A DNA stretch of 63,850 nt, filler included, from Octopus bimaculoides (lineage: Eukaryota), in NCBI RefSeq assembly GCF_001194135.2. It is 7 parts of 5 records of this genome, joined end to end, with 100 filler letters (N's around TTAATTAATTAA, not from the genome) between each part and the next. Parts side by side here need not be neighbours in the genome. Positions count along the whole stretch, not along the records: positions 62,829 to 63,850 come from NC_068984.1; 6 more parts are not named here. The stretch is one strand, 5' to 3'. Numbering within the stretch: the first letter of the stretch is position 1; each line of letters begins with the position of its first letter. Position numbers and translations under genes: made by a program. The notes under the pieces were generated by a model. The model worked only from the letters and a program-made list of their open reading frames with translations, was not told where the DNA came from and did no database searches. Of the stretch, positions 63,546 to 63,850 are shown piece after piece.

Positions 63546-63808
63546 GAGTGTTAAGATTCGCACTAACTCTTTCTCTTTCTATTTTTCTCTCTCACCCCTT
63601 CTGTCTGTCTCTCTCTCTCTCTCTCCTTCTCTTTCTTTCTCTTTCTCTCCCTCTCTTTCTTTCTCTCTCTCTCTCTCCCGCGCTCTCTCTGTCTCTCTCT
63701 CTCTCTCTCCCCCTCTCTCTCTCTTGACTGTGAACGTTTTGAAAGAATTGTGTGCGTGTGGATGTGAGCAAATGCATTATGCATATTTGTGTGTGTGTAT
63801 ATATGTGT

Positions 63809-63850
<42 letters not shown>

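Overview
AT-rich, microsatellite-saturated animal genomic DNA with many N gaps. The SINE families and simple-repeat load look like an octopod cephalopod (Octopus-like); this is inferred from repeat content, not from a database hit. I found no supportable host exon, tRNA or rRNA gene. Every recognisable coding remnant comes from a transposon: Penelope-like elements (PLEs; RT and GIY-YIG), CR1/L2/Jockey-type, RTE-type and R4/Dong-like (RLE) LINEs, a Mag-like Gypsy LTR element, mariner elements, a hAT Charlie/Buster transposase, MITEs and several tRNA-derived SINE families. Most notable observations: (i) hammerhead-ribozyme motifs in PLE-type terminal repeats, including one minimal type-I fold right after a PLE ORF and a ~320-bp fold-back made of two head-to-head hammerhead repeats; (ii) PLEs with an inverted terminal-repeat copy at the 5' junction; (iii) an 81-nt pre-miRNA-like hairpin; (iv) an RLE LINE bounded by a 23-bp direct repeat; (v) one SINE family inserted twice at the same motif inside another SINE; (vi) a CpG-depleted block from ~47.9 to ~60.7 kb that may be a methylated gene body. 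All folds and alignments were done by eye. Long ORFs in the supplied track are mostly microsatellite or N artefacts.
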